Numbered from the stretch's first letter, positions 31,661-43,564 are shown. The stretch is DNA of 64,000 bases from an uncultured Gemmatimonadaceae bacterium (GCA_963829055.1 CAWHHI010000008.1:160001-224000), one strand, 5' to 3'. Notes: generated from the sequence alone by a model not told the origin. A program made the numbers and translations.

Positions 31661-33774
31661 TTGGCCACTCAGACGCGCGGCGAGAAGAAAGGGCTAGCCG
31701 GCCTGTCCGGCGACCAGCTCGTTGCCGCCTACCGCACGATGCTCCTGTCGCGCAAGCTCGACGACAAGGAGATCCAGCTCAAGCGACAGAACAAGATCTT
31801 CTTCCAGATATCGGGCGCCGGGCACGAAGCCGTCCTGACCGCGGCCGCCATGGCGCTGCGTCCGTCGTACGACTGGTTCTTCCCGTACTATCGCGACCGC
31901 GCGCTGTGCCTCGCCGCTCGGGATGACGCCGGCCGAGATGCTGTATGAAGCGGTTGGGGCCGCAATCGATCCCAACTCTGGCGGGCGACAGATGCCGAGC
32001 CATTGGGGACACAAGGCGCTCAACATCGTTTCGTCGTCGTCGCCCACCGGAACGCAGTTCCTGCAGGCCGTCGGCGCGGCCGAAGCGACGCTTCGCGCCA
32101 AGCTTCTCGATATCACGACCGGTTTCCAGGACGACGAAGTCGTTTTCGTCTCGACCGGTGACGGCACGACGAGCGAGGGCGAGTTCTGGGAATCGCTGAA
32201 CACGGCGTCGAACCTCAAGCTTCCCGTCATCTACCTCGTCGAAGACAACGGCTACGCGATCTCCGTCCCGGTCGAGGTGAACACGGCCGGCGGCTCGATC
32301 TCGAAGCTGGTGGCGTCGTTCCCAGACCTGTTCATCCAGGAAGTGGACGGCTGCGACTTCGTCGCGAGCTACGCGGCCATGACGAAGGCAGCGGAGTACA
32401 CGCGGGCGAGAAAGGGTCCGGCGCTGGTACACGCGCACGTGATTCGCCCGTACTCGCATTCGCTCTCGGACGACGAGGTGATGTACCGTCCGGCTACCGA
32501 GCGCGAGGCCGACGCCGCGCGCGATCCGGTCACGACATTCCCGCAGTGGCTCGTCGCACAGGGGCACGCGACCGATGCAGACATCGCAGCGATCCAGGAA
32601 GAGGTCGACGCGCTCGTTCTCGCGGCAACGGACGACGCGCTCGCGCAGCCGCAGCCGGGCGCGGAGACGGTCTACTACGGCGTGTACTCCCCCGACGTCG
32701 ATCCGACCAGCGAGCAGTTCGACACCGAGGACGACCCGCAGTTCTCGGGTAACGAGACGACGATGGTCGACCTGCTCAACGCGTGCATGAAGGATGAGAT
32801 GCGTCGCGATGAGCGCATCGTCGTGTTCGGCGAGGACGTGGCCGACGTCTCGCGCGAGCAGTACCTCGGCCAGGTGAAGGGCAAGGGTGGCGTGTTCAAG
32901 GTGACGTGGGGCCTGCAGAAGGAATTCGGCGGCACGCGCGTCTACAACTCGCCGCTCGCCGAAGCGAACATCATCGGACGCGCGATCGGCCTCGCGCTGC
33001 GCGGCTTCAAGCCGGTCGTCGAGATCCAGTTCTTCGACTACATCTGGCCGGCGTACATGCAGCTGCGCGAACGAGCTCGCGACGATGCGCTGGCGCTCGA
33101 ACAACAACTTCTCCGCGCCTGTCGTCGTCCGGACGACGTACGGCGGCTACATCCGCGGCGCGATCTATCACTCGCAGACCGGCGCGTCGCTGTTCACGCA
33201 CTGCCCCGGGCTGCGCGTCGTTTGCCCGGCAACGGCGCTCGATGCGAACGGGTTGCTGCGCACGGCGATCCGCTGCGACGATCCGGTGATCTTCCTCGAG
33301 CACAAGCATCTCTACCGTCAGACGTACAACAAGGCCGCGTATCCTGGTCCGAACTTCATGATTCCGTTCGGAAAGGCGCAGGACGGTGCGCGAGGGAACG
33401 GACGTCACGGTGGTCACGTACGGCGCGACGGTGCAGCGCGCGTTCGCGGCGGCGAACCAGGTGGCGGAGAACGGACTCTCCGTCGAGGTGATCGACCTGC
33501 GCTCGCTGTCCCCGTGGGACCAGGAGGCCGTGTACGCGTCGGTGAAGAAGACGAATCGCGTCATCGTCGCCTACGAGGATTCGCTGTCGTGGGGCTACGG
33601 CGCGGAGATCGCGGCTCGCGATTGCCGACGACTGCTTCCCATGGCTGGATGCTCCCGTTAGGCGCGTCGGCGTCGACGGATACGTTCGTCGGCTACGCGC
33701 CGCAGCTCGAGGATGCGATCCTGCCGCAGGTCGAGGACTTCAGGAAGGCGTACGAGGAGATCGTGAAGTTTTAA
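31661..33774 (+). CDS. Fused E1 alpha/beta 2-oxoacid dehydrogenase (frameshifted)
   Basis: [17 protein letters not shown]...[11 protein letters not shown] motif, [26 protein letters not shown]. Confidence 0.92.
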
Positions 33775-33780
33775 CGACCG

Positions 33781-33818
33781 ACGGCGCTGGTTGGCTCGGG
33801 TGACGCAACCAGCGCCGT
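33781..33818. terminator. Hairpin between convergent genes
   Basis: ACGGCGCTGGTTG...CAACCAGCGCCGT, 13-bp stem. Confidence 0.65.
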
Positions 33819-33829
33819 GCGAACACGAC

Positions 33830-34560
33830 TCAGGGCTTCTTGAAGAGGCCTTTGAGTCCCTTCTTCACCGCCGAGCCCTTGTCGTCCTTCGTCCTTCGTG
33901 CTCGCGTTCTCGAGTGAGTCGGTGAGGCCGGTGTTCTTCCCTGCCTTGTTCGCGCTGTCGGCGGCCACCTGAGTGGCTTCCAGCCCGGCCGTCATGTCCG
34001 TCACGGCGTAGTCGCGCGGATACGTGAACAGGCCGGCATCGATCGGGCCTTTCTTGATGTCCGACACCGACGTGACGAGCGTGTCGTACGTCGTCGCCTT
34101 CTTGTCATCCGTCTGCTGCATGTACGTCGTGGCTTTCAGCACGACGCCACGGCCGGGCCCTTTCACGTAGTCGTCCAGCGTGGCCATGAGCTCCGGGTTG
34201 GTGGTACGAAGGCCGCCGGCGAAGCTCGTCACCCAGACGCGAATGGCGGCGTCGTCCGGCGCCAGGTCTGGCGAGACGAACGCATCCATGGTGCTCGTCG
34301 AGGTTGTCTTGGTGCGTGAGATGAGCACGCGCATCTCGATCGTCTGCCCGGACGTGATGCGAACGTGCCGCGTCTTGAAGCCCTGGATGGTCTCGCCTGC
34401 GCCAAGATCCTGAAAGTCGAACGTCTCGTTAAAGTCGAACGTCTCGTTCGACGTCTTCATCTTGATGAGCGGATTGTTCGTGAGCGCGCCGAGCGTGCCG
34501 CCTCACGCGCCAGCCGGCATGATCATGACCTGCTTCCGCTCCCGATCTCGCAATCACTAC
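33830..34560 (-). pseudogene. Degraded DUF4412-like protein gene
   Basis: DLGAGETIQGFKTRH and IDAGLFTYPRDY motifs; in-frame TGA at 34503-34505, an 18-bp duplication, no recognisable 5' end and a 3' frameshift. Confidence 0.6.
34413..34448. repeat. Perfect 18-bp tandem duplication
   Basis: AAAGTCGAACGTCTCGTT x2, read as NETFDF-NETFDF on the minus strand. Confidence 0.9.
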
Positions 34561-35136
34561 CACCCGTCGTGGTGTAGATCACGTGTCACAGGTGCTGTAG
34601 CGCACTTGCGACGGGGCCAGTATAAACCGCTGCGGTTATGCCACAGTTAGAAGCGTCTCATCTCCGGCCGACAACACTTACAAGTATTTGGTTCCCAACC
34701 AAATTGAGGTGGCCGGATCCGATTCTGACGGCGCGCTGACGCTGACAGACGGACCGTTGACTGGCCCGTTCACGCTCACCCCCGCGGCGCGTTGATACCA
34801 CTCCGGTGCGCATGCGCCCACGCCCGGGCAGGCGCCGACGGGAAGAAATCTGCGAGAGCCGGCGGGACAACGGCCGGTTGCCTAACGCGGCGTCGGCGGG
34901 ACGAGTGTACACAACGACACGGAGTAGGCGGCCGAGCGGCTGCGCACTCGCCGACAGCCATCGCGCCAGACGCCTTGGGCGTGGTCGGGGTGCCGCGTTC
35001 AGTTAGGCGGCCACGAGCTCACATCGCTCAGGCGGGGCGGGCGTGATAATCGCTCTAACCCGCGCCACGGGGTCGGTCGAATGTGCTCTAGCGCACAAGC
35101 GTCTCTTCGGCTAACCTAACCGCTCTGCGTCGTCCA

Positions 35137-38100
35137 TTGGAAAGCACCCACTTCCGGCCCCACCACAAGAGCGTGCTTCACCTTCGGCTACTCGGCGGCG
35201 CAGCGGTCCTGTCATCCGATGGCGCCCTCACCGGGGCGGCAGGACGACGACGCGCACTCGCGTTGTTGGCGCTCGTGGCTTCGGCGCGGGACGACGGCCT
35301 GGCGCGGGATCGCGCGCTGGCGCTGCTGTGGCCCGAGCTCGATTTCGACCGCGCCCGCAACAATCTGAAGCAGCTGGTCTTCTCGCTCCGACGAGCGCTC
35401 TCGCCCGACGTGTTCGCTGCCACGGGGGCCTCGCTGCGACTCGACCCAAACGTCATCACCGTCGACGTTTGGGCCTACGAGAAGTCCATCGCCGATGGCG
35501 CGCTCGAAAGTGCCGTGGCGCGGTACGGCGGACCGTTCCTCGACGGCTTCAGCGTTCCCGGTCTCCCCGAGTTCGAACGGTGGGTCGAGACGGAGCGCGA
35601 GCGACTGTCGCGCGTTCATGCCGAGACGCTCGACACCCTGGCCGAGCGCGCTCGTCGTGCCGGGCAGTTCGAGATCGCGGCGGCGTGGCGACGCCACCTC
35701 GCCGCGCTCGACCCTCTCAGCGCGCGATACGCGGTGTCCTTCGTGCGCTCGCTATCGGACGCCGGTGACGTGCCCGGGGCGCTGCGGCATGCGCTCCTGT
35801 TCGAGCGCCTCGTGCGAAGTGAGCTCGATGCGGACGTTGGACCCGATATGCGCCTCCTGGTGGCGCAACTCCGCCTCCGATCCGAGACGCTCACAGGAAC
35901 GCGCCATCACCAGCGCCGAAGTAGCGATCCTGACCGCCGAGTCGCGCGCGGCCGCCGCCGCTGCCGTCAGTGCTGACGCGCAGGAGACGTCCCCTCCCGA
36001 GCAAGAACATCAAGAAAAACAGCGTTCGCGGTGGCGTTCGGCGATGGGGCGGGCGGTTCCGCGAATCAGTCCGCGACGTGTAGCCATCGGCGGACTGTCG
36101 ATCGCCGTCATTCTTCTCGGGCTGATGAGCCGATCGCGACTCTTCGCTCCGACTGCCGCGATGGGCGAAGTGCCCTCTGATGTGCCGGCGACGGTGGCAG
36201 TGTTCGCGTTCGATGGACGCACCAGCGCGTTGACCGGCGAACTGTCGCGCGCGACCGCCGAGCTGCTCACCGCTTCGCTCGACGGCGGCACGGGCCTAAC
36301 GGCGATCACCGCCCCAGTCGACGCGCAGCCGGACGTGCGGAAGATGTCGGCGGATTCCTCCGTCATCGATCCGGCGAGCGCCGCCCGCACGGCGGGACGC
36401 CTCGGTGCGAGACTGTTCGTGCTCGGTCGTATCGTGGAGGTCGGCGGCCGCCTGCGCGTCACCGCGACGATGCACGACCGGGCGAGGACCGATCCGCCCC
36501 TTGCCCGCGCATCCGCGGAAGGCTCCGCGAACGAAATCTTCGAAGTCGTCGATCACGTCGCGTCGCAGCTGCTCGCGGGTCGGTTCCCCGGAACGAGGGG
36601 AGCACTCGCACGAGTAGCCGCGACGACCTCGGCCTCTCTGCCTGCTGCCAAGGCGTACTTCGCGGCGGAGCAACAGATGGGCAATGGCCGCTTTTCCGCG
36701 GCGCTCGATGCGCTTCGGGATGCCGTGCGCCTCGACAGTGGTTTCGCGGTCGCGTACTACCGCATGAGCCACGCGGCCGAGTTGATCGGTAACGACGCGG
36801 AGACGCGATGGGCTGCCGACGCGGCGGTGCGTTCCGCCTCGAGACTCGACGACCACTATCGTCGCGTACTCGTCGCGGCTGCTGCCCGTGACGAAGGCGA
36901 CATCACGACAGCCGAACGCGCGTATTCGCGCCTCACGCTGGACTATCCCAACGACGCCGATGCGTGGTTCGGCCTCGGCGAGGCGCTGTTTCATCTGAAC
37001 CAGCTTCGCGGCCGCTCGCCGGTCGAAGCGCGCGACGCGTTCGTACACGTCGTGGAGCTCGATGGACGTCACGTCGAGGCGCTCGTGCATCTGGCGCGCA
37101 TCGACGCCATTCGCGGCGATTCCGCCAGCGTCGATGGATGGCTGTCTCGCGCGCGGCAATACGCCTCCGACGAACTGGTCGGCCGAGTCGCGTTGCATGT
37201 CCGAGCCCTGAGCGGCGTGGACCGGCAGCGCCTCCAGCGCGCCAGCATGCTTCGCGGGGGAGCGGGCGCGCGCCAGTTGCTCGTTGGCGCGGACCCGGGT
37301 GATGTCGAGCAGTTCGCCGCACAGTTCCTCACCGCCGACATACCGGGCGACCTCGCCGCGTACGGTCACCGACTCTCGGCCTATGCGAGCGCCGCTCAGG
37401 GAAAGTTCCGTATCGCGCTCCGGCATCTCAATGAAGTGCAGGAGTCCGACGTCGATTCCGACATCGAGGTTCGGTCCCTGATCGTCGCCACTCCAGGCGC
37501 ACCGTTCGATTCCGCGACGATTGCCCAGACGCGGATGGCGGTGGAGCGTTGGCAGCCGTCAGATCTTCGCGATCCCGATCAGTCGCTCGATGCGATCGCG
37601 GCGAGTCGCGGTCATACGTTGCTTCGGCTCCATCGGGCGGGCCTCATCGCGCTTCGAATGGGTGACACGGCCGCCGCAGCGACTGCGGCTGCACGACTGG
37701 CGCGTATCTCCGAACCCGACTCGGAAATGACGCCGACCGCAACCGCTCTCGCGCTCAGTCTCAGGGCCCGCCTTGCGGCAGCTGCGGGAGATTCCGCGCG
37801 GGCACTCGCGCTGCTCGATCAGGTGCAATGGGCGCGCGTCGGACGCGCGGCGGCAACCGAGCCGCTCGATCGACTGCTGCGGGCGGATCTGCTGGCGGCC
37901 ACGGGGCGCTATCCCGAAGCCCTTCGCTGGTACGCGACGTTGGGCCTCGGCTGCCCGCAGGAGTTGCCGCTGGTCGGGTTCGCGGCCCTCGGGATGGCGC
38001 GAACGAGCGAGCGTATGGGCGATCGGGCGGGAGCGGCAAAGCAGTACCGACGCGTCGCCGACTTGTGGCGCGACGCCGACCCCGCATTGCAGGCGATCGC

Positions 38101-38149
38101 CGCCGCGGCGACGCAGCGCATCACGGCCCTCGATACCGCCGCTCGTTAG
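35137..38149 (+). CDS. SARP/BTAD-domain regulator with TM segment and TPR region (frameshift near 35890)
   Basis: LRLLGG, ALLWPE, YGGPFLDGF, FERWVETER, LDPLS; TPR repeats in ORF 35495-38149. Confidence 0.85.
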
Positions 38150-38188
38150 GTCGGCGGCGGTTGCATCGATCCTCTCCAGCCCTCCGAG

Positions 38189-39893
38189 CTACTCGGGGGG
38201 CTTTCGTTCGTAGACGACCCGCCCGCCTACCGCGGTGAGCGCCACGTGGGCGTCGCGGATCTGCTCGGGCGCAATGCGCGTGAGATCACGGTCGATGATC
38301 GCGAAATCCGCCAGCGCTCCGACAGCTGAGAATTCCCTTCTCTTTCTCATCGAACGAGGCATAGGCTCCGCCGTGCGTGTAGGCGCGCAGCGCGTCCTCG
38401 ACCGAGATCTTCTGCTCGGGAACCCAGCCGTTCGGATTCCGGTCGTCGAGCGTGCGCCGCGTGACCGCCGCGTAGATGCCTTCAAGCGGCGTCGGTGGCG
38501 CGACGAACCAGTCGCTCCCGAATGCGAGCGTCGCGCCGGCATCGCGGAGCGACCGGAAGGCATATGTCGTTTTCGCTCGCTCGGCGCCGATGACCTTTTC
38601 CGCCCACCGGCCATCATCGATGGCGTGATACGGCTGCATGCTCGCGACGACGCCGAGCGCCGCGAAGCGCGGGATGTCGGCCGGCGCGATGTGTTGCGCA
38701 TGCTCGATGCGAAACCGCCGATCACGCGGGCCGTTTTCCTTCTCGACCCGTTCGTAGATGTCGAGTTGTTGCCGGATTGCCCGGTCGCCGATCGCGTGGA
38801 CGATGACGTGCAGCCCCGCCTTGTCGGCGCCGGAGACCCACCGATACAAGTCGTCGGGGGTGTTCACGAACAGGCCGGTATCCGATGGCGCGTCGGTGAA
38901 CGGCTCGAGCATCGCGGCGGTATGCGAACCTAACGACCCATCGACGAACCCTTTGAGCGCTCCGATTCTGAACCAGGCGTCACCACGGCCGCGCGCAGCG
39001 ACCGTATCGCGCAGCTGCTCCCACGTCGACAGCGGTACGGCAGCATAGATCCGCGTCCGGAGCCGATCGGCTTTGCGCGCGCGTTCGAAAACCGCGACGT
39101 CGTTCCACGAGCCCATATTGTGGATGGACGTCACGCCCTGTGCAGCCACATACGCCATTGCCGCATCCAGCGCGCGATCCTCGAGCTCCGGAGGCGGGTT
39201 CGGCGCGACGGCATTCACGACATCCATCGCGTTGTCCTTCAAGACACCAGTCGGCTCGCCAGAAGCGTTGCGAACGATCGTCCCGCCAGCTACGTCGCGC
39301 GACGCGCGGGTCACCTTCGCCGCCGCGAGCGTCGCGGAATTCGCGAGCGCCATGTGCCCGTCGAGCCGAGACACCCAGACCGGGTTGTTCGGCGTGACCG
39401 AATCGATCCACTCGCGACGCGGGAGCTCGCCTCCCCAATGCTCGTGATCCCAATCGCCACCGGTGATCCATGCCCCAGCCGGGATCGTCGCGGCGAACGC
39501 CTTGATGCGCGCGATGAACTCAGCAGGTGTCTTCGCGTCGCGAAGCTGCACCGAAGAGAGGCGGAAGCCGCCATCGACAAAATGCACGTGCGCATCGACG
39601 AATCCGGGCACGACCATTTTCCCGCCGGCGTCGATCACGCGGGCGTTGCCCGTGACTTTGCGGACCGCCGCGCTCGACCCGACCATGGCGATACGCTCGC
39701 CGCGCACCGCGAGCGCCTCGGCCCATGGACGAGTCGAGTCTCCGGTCCAAACGCGCGCGTTGACGACGGCGAGCGTCATGGGACCTCCCGAGGCGGCACC
39801 GGTGTCTCCGGCGGCGGCATTCCTGTCGCTCATCTGACAGCTAGCGGAAAGGCTGCCGACCAACAGCGCGGAGACGAGCGGTCCGAGACGCAT
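38189..39893 (-). CDS. Amidohydrolase family 3 (YtcJ-like) lipoprotein, frameshift near 38330
   Basis: PGFVDAHVH, DGSLGSHTA, HAIGDRA, RIEHAQ, FGSDW. Confidence 0.92.
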
Positions 39894-39896
39894 GCG

Positions 39897-40076
39897 TCAC
39901 CGCCGCTCGACGGCGTCGCGTACGTCGAGCAGGATCTCGAAATAGAGCTGTTCGCGGCGGTAGGCGAAGTCGAGCGTGGCCATCTGGGCAGCGTCGCCAG
40001 TTTCCTTGGCGCGCTCGAAGGCCTCGCGGTACATCTCATCAAGGTTGGCGAGAATGCGATCTCGGGAGCGTGACAT
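39897..40076 (-). CDS. Small helical hypothetical protein
   Basis: MSRSRDRILANLDEMYREAF...EQLYFEILLDVRD with typical codon usage; start uncertain. Confidence 0.6.
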   Translation of the reverse strand: MSRSRDRILANLDEMYREAFERAKETGDAAQMATLDFAYRREQLYFEILLDVRDAVERR

Positions 40077-40213
40077 TCGGGTATTGTCGATGGCTTTGGA
40101 AGTGAGACGCGGCGGCTCGTCGACTGGCTCATCGCGCTCGCGATCGAGCGAGTCGAGGAGGTACCGGCGAGCGGCCCCCATCATCATACGGCGCGAGTTG
40201 AGAGGGTCGGTCA

Positions 40214-40513
40214 TTGAACCGTGAAGAAGTCTTCGCGCGCGACGGTCACCGGTGCGTGTACTGCGGCGAGGTCTTTCTCGACGACGAGCTGACGATCGAT
40301 CACGTGCAGCCGCGTGTCAGAGGCGGGGACCGGTCGGGTGGCAACTTAGTTACGGCCTGCAGGGGCTGCAACGTTCTAAAGGGCCATCGGCGCCTGGCCG
40401 AGTTCCTTCGGACAACGCCGTCGGCGTACGAGAACTTCCGGCGGTATGCCAAGCATCTCTGGCCCCGACATTGGCGGGTTCTCGAGGAAGAAATGGGACC
40501 AGACAACGGATAG
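40214..40513 (+). CDS. Small HNH endonuclease (paralog of 28644-29042)
   Basis: RDGHRCVYCG, TIDHVQPRVRGG, NLVTACRGCNVLKG. Confidence 0.9.
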   Translation: MNREEVFARDGHRCVYCGEVFLDDELTIDHVQPRVRGGDRSGGNLVTACRGCNVLKGHRRLAEFLRTTPSAYENFRRYAKHLWPRHWRVLEEEMGPDNG

Positions 40514-40625
40514 CTGGTTGCTGGGTGGTCGTGCTGGTTGCTGGGTGACGCTGAGTGACCTGCTGAACGCCCAGCTCGCAACCGAGCGTCACGCCAGCAA
40601 CCAGCACCCACACCCAGCAACAAGC
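40513..40625. repeat. About 40-bp imperfect inverted repeat built from GCTGGTT/GCTGGGT heptamers
   Basis: Left arm 40513-40552, right arm 40585-40625. Confidence 0.85.
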
Positions 40626-40666
40626 GCCGTTGGAACCCGTGCTGTCTGTCGGGTATTATTTCGTCA

Positions 40667-40780
40667 GCAAAGGGGAGTAGCCACGCGAGCCTCGGCTCGC
40701 GCCTTCGAGTCGTCAGGACTGCGCCGCAAAGCGGCGCACGGTTCGATGGGGTCGCACAGTGACTAGGCGAGACCTTCGTG
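40667..40780 (+). ncRNA. yybP-ykoY (Mn2+-sensing) riboswitch aptamer
   Basis: Conserved blocks AAAGGGGAGTAGC ... GTCGTCAGGAC ... GGCGAGACC with internal hairpins (CGCGAGCC/GGCTCGCG, TGCGCCGC/GCGGCGCA); upstream TTGGAA-N18-TATTAT; competing hairpin 40765-40822. Confidence 0.85.
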
Positions 40781-40859
40781 AACGCCGGGCAACGACTGCC
40801 TGGCACGCGAAGGGGCTCGCCTTTCGCGTACTCGGGACCCACGTGCGATGGAGAGCGGT

Positions 40860-41690
40860 ATGAACAACCTCAAGGTCTTCGTTCTGATGGCGGGGCTCAC
40901 CTCGCTGTTCGTGGCCATCGGCGGGTATTTCGGTGGCCAGGGCGGGATGATCATGGCGTTCCTCTTCGCCGGCCTCATGAACTTCGTGATGTACTTCGCG
41001 TCATCGAAAATGGTGCTGCGGATGTACGGCGCGCGCGTCGTCACCGAGCGTGAGGCGCCGGACCTGTACGCCATGGTCGATCGTCTACGCCAGCGGGCTG
41101 GACTGCCAATGCCGACGCTGGCGATCGCGCCGCACGCGCAGCCGAACGCGTTCGCGACGGGACGCAATCCGCAGAATGCGGTCGTGGCGGTGACCGAAGG
41201 CATTCTGCAGCTCGTCTCTCGGGAGGAGCTCGAGGGAGTGCTCGCGCACGAGCTCGCGCACATCAAGAATCACGACATGCTCCTGCAGACGTTCACGGCG
41301 ACGCTGGCGGGCGCGATCAGCAACCTGGCGCAGTTCGGCTTGTTCTTCGGTGGGCGCGATGACGAGGACTCGAGTCCGGTCGCGGGAATCGCGATGGCGA
41401 TCCTCGCGCCGATCGCGGCGATGCTGATTCAGTTCGCGATCAGCCGTCAGCGGGAGTTCAAGGCGGATGCGGTTGGAGCCGCGATCAGCGGCCGTCCGCG
41501 GTCGCTCGCGAACGCGCTTCGCAAGCTCGAGGTGGGTGCGCACCGGATCCCGATGCACGTGGCGCCCGCCGTGGCGCCGCTGGCTCAGGTGAATCCGCTT
41601 GCCGCGTACGGCGGTGGACTCATGACGTTGTTCTCGACGCACCCGCCGACGGCGGAACGCGTGGCGCGGCTCGAGGCGCTGGCGGCGTAG
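40860..41690 (+). CDS. htpX: Zinc metalloprotease HtpX
   Basis: PNAFATGRNP, LAHELAH, SRQREFKAD, FSTHPP. Confidence 0.96.
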   Translation: MNNLKVFVLMAGLTSLFVAIGGYFGGQGGMIMAFLFAGLMNFVMYFASSKMVLRMYGARVVTEREAPDLYAMVDRLRQRAGLPMPTLAIAPHAQPNAFATGRNPQNAVVAVTEGILQLVSREELEGVLAHELAHIKNHDMLLQTFTATLAGAISNLAQFGLFFGGRDDEDSSPVAGIAMAILAPIAAMLIQFAISRQREFKADAVGAAISGRPRSLANALRKLEVGAHRIPMHVAPAVAPLAQVNPLAAYGGGLMTLFSTHPPTAERVARLEALAA

Positions 41691-41696
41691 CCGAGC

Positions 41697-42059
41697 CTAA
41701 CGCTCGTCCGCGCGGGGCGTGGTGGAGAGGCGGTGAAACACCGCCTCCTCCACCACGCGACCGTGCCGCAAGTGCTCGACGACGATTCGTTCCAGCAACG
41801 CCGGCGTGACGCCCGCGTACCAGACGCCATCGGGGTAGACGACGACGATGGGGCCGCCGACGCACACGCCAAGGCAGGGCGTTTCACCACGCTTGACCCG
41901 TGTTGGGCCGAACAGCAGATCTTCGCGCTCGAGCAACTTCGCCAGCAGACTATAGAGCTGCCGGCCGCGTCGATCCGGAGAACAGAACCCCCCCGTACAC
42001 ACCAGGACGTGGCGCTGATACGGCTCCATGCGCGGCTGGCCGACATCGAAGCCGGTCAC
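41697..42059 (-). CDS. Thioredoxin-like [2Fe-2S] ferredoxin
   Basis: HVLVCTGGFC...CLGVC..GPIVVVYPDGVWY. Confidence 0.9.
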   Translation of the reverse strand: MTGFDVGQPRMEPYQRHVLVCTGGFCSPDRRGRQLYSLLAKLLEREDLLFGPTRVKRGETPCLGVCVGGPIVVVYPDGVWYAGVTPALLERIVVEHLRHGRVVEEAVFHRLSTTPRADER

Positions 42060-42232
42060 TCAGACGTCCTCGTGCACGGCGCTCCGAATTCGACCGAGCC
42101 CCGCGCAGGCACATTGCGCCGAGCGGCGCAGAGGCATCCGTCGTGTCTGTACTTGCCCATGCGCGATAAAGCTAGCAACCAACGCCCTGTGGGGTGGAGC
42201 GCGCCCGATAGGCCCGCTATCATTTACCCGTC

Positions 42233-42565
42233 ATGGCAACGCCCGAGGAGTTTTTCGCGATCGAACTTCGTGTCGGGACCGTGACGCGGGCGGACCCGTT
42301 TCCGGAAGCACGGAAGCCGTCCATTCGGCTATGGATCGATTTCGGGTCGGAGTTGGGCGAGCGTCAATCGAGCGCGCAACTCACGCATCACTATACGCCG
42401 GAGTCACTGGTGGGCCGGCAAGTCGTCGCGGCCGTCAACCTGGGTGACCGGCGCATTGCGGGATTCGTGAGTCAGGTGCTCGTGCTCGGCGCGATGCCCA
42501 CGCCACACGAGGTCGTGCTGCTCGAGGTGGAGCGCCCGGTCGAGAACGGGACGCGGATCGGATGA
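42233..42565 (+). CDS. csaA: CsaA/Trbp111 tRNA-binding protein
   Basis: LRVGTV, ARKPS, SSAQLT, AAVNL, GFVSQVLVLG. Confidence 0.9.
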   Translation: MATPEEFFAIELRVGTVTRADPFPEARKPSIRLWIDFGSELGERQSSAQLTHHYTPESLVGRQVVAAVNLGDRRIAGFVSQVLVLGAMPTPHEVVLLEVERPVENGTRIG

Positions 42566-42649
42566 GGGTCACCCGGTCGCATGAACGTTAGGCGCGCGGG
42601 GCGTCGGCTCCGTGCAGCGGATCGCATTCACATCGTCACGAGGAGCGAC

Positions 42650-43556
42650 ATGACCTCCGCCGCAACCCCCACCACCTTGCCGGCCATAGAGCAGAAGGGC
42701 TATGCACACCCCGGAGATGCTCGTCAGCACCGAGTGGCTCGCCGCGCATCTCAACGATCCGTCGATCCGCATCGTCGAGAGCGACGAGGATGTGTTGCTG
42801 TACGACATGGGCCACATTCCGAACGCGCAGAAGGTCGATTGGCACGCCGATCTGAATGATCCGGTCGTGCGCGACTACGTGAACAGCGAACAGTTTCAGG
42901 AACTACTCCGCGCGAAGGGGATCGACGAGAACACGACCGTCATCTTCTACGGCGACAAGAACAACTGGTGGGCGACGTACGCGTTCTGGGTCTTCCAGCT
43001 GTTCGGCTTCACGAACGCGCGCGTGCTCGACGGCGGGCGAACGAAGTGGGAGCAGGAAGGCCGGCCGATGGTGTCCGACGTTCCAACATTCGCGCGCACG
43101 AGCTACACCGCGCCTGCGCGCAACGACGCGAAGATCCGCGCGTTCAAGGAGCAGGTGCTGGAGCACCAGAAGAACAAGGGCAAGCTGGTCGATGTCCGCT
43201 CGCCTGACGAGTTCTCCGGAAAGAAGACGCACATGGCCGAGTACCCGCAGGAAGGCGTGCTGCGCGGCGGTCACATCCCCGGCGCGCGCAGCGTGCCCTG
43301 GGCGAAGGCAGCGAATCCCGACGGATCGTTCAAGTCAGCCGACGAGCTTCGGACGATCTACGAGAAGGAACAGGGGCTCAAGCCGAGCGATGACGTGATC
43401 GCGTATTGCCGCATCGGCGAGCGGTCATCGCACACCTGGTTCGTGCTCACCTACCTGCTTGGCTACGACAAGGTGCGCAACTACGACGGCAGCTGGACGG
43501 AGTGGGGGAACAGCGTGCGCGTGCCGGTCGAGACAGGGCCGGGCGGGAACGTCTGA
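42650..43556 (+). CDS. Two-domain sulfurtransferase (rhodanese), frameshift near 42710
   Basis: [18 protein letters not shown] active site, [17 protein letters not shown] before ATG 42650. Confidence 0.93.
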
Positions 43557-43564
43557 GGCTGGCC

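Noticed and set aside
34503..34505. In-frame TGA as a second selenocysteine
   Set aside because: No Cys/redox motif context, no convincing downstream SECIS hairpin, and the gene shows other signs of decay.
35111..35120. TTAGG/CCTAA as eukaryotic telomeric repeat contamination
   Set aside because: Copies are dispersed singly inside intact bacterial reading frames rather than in tandem arrays.
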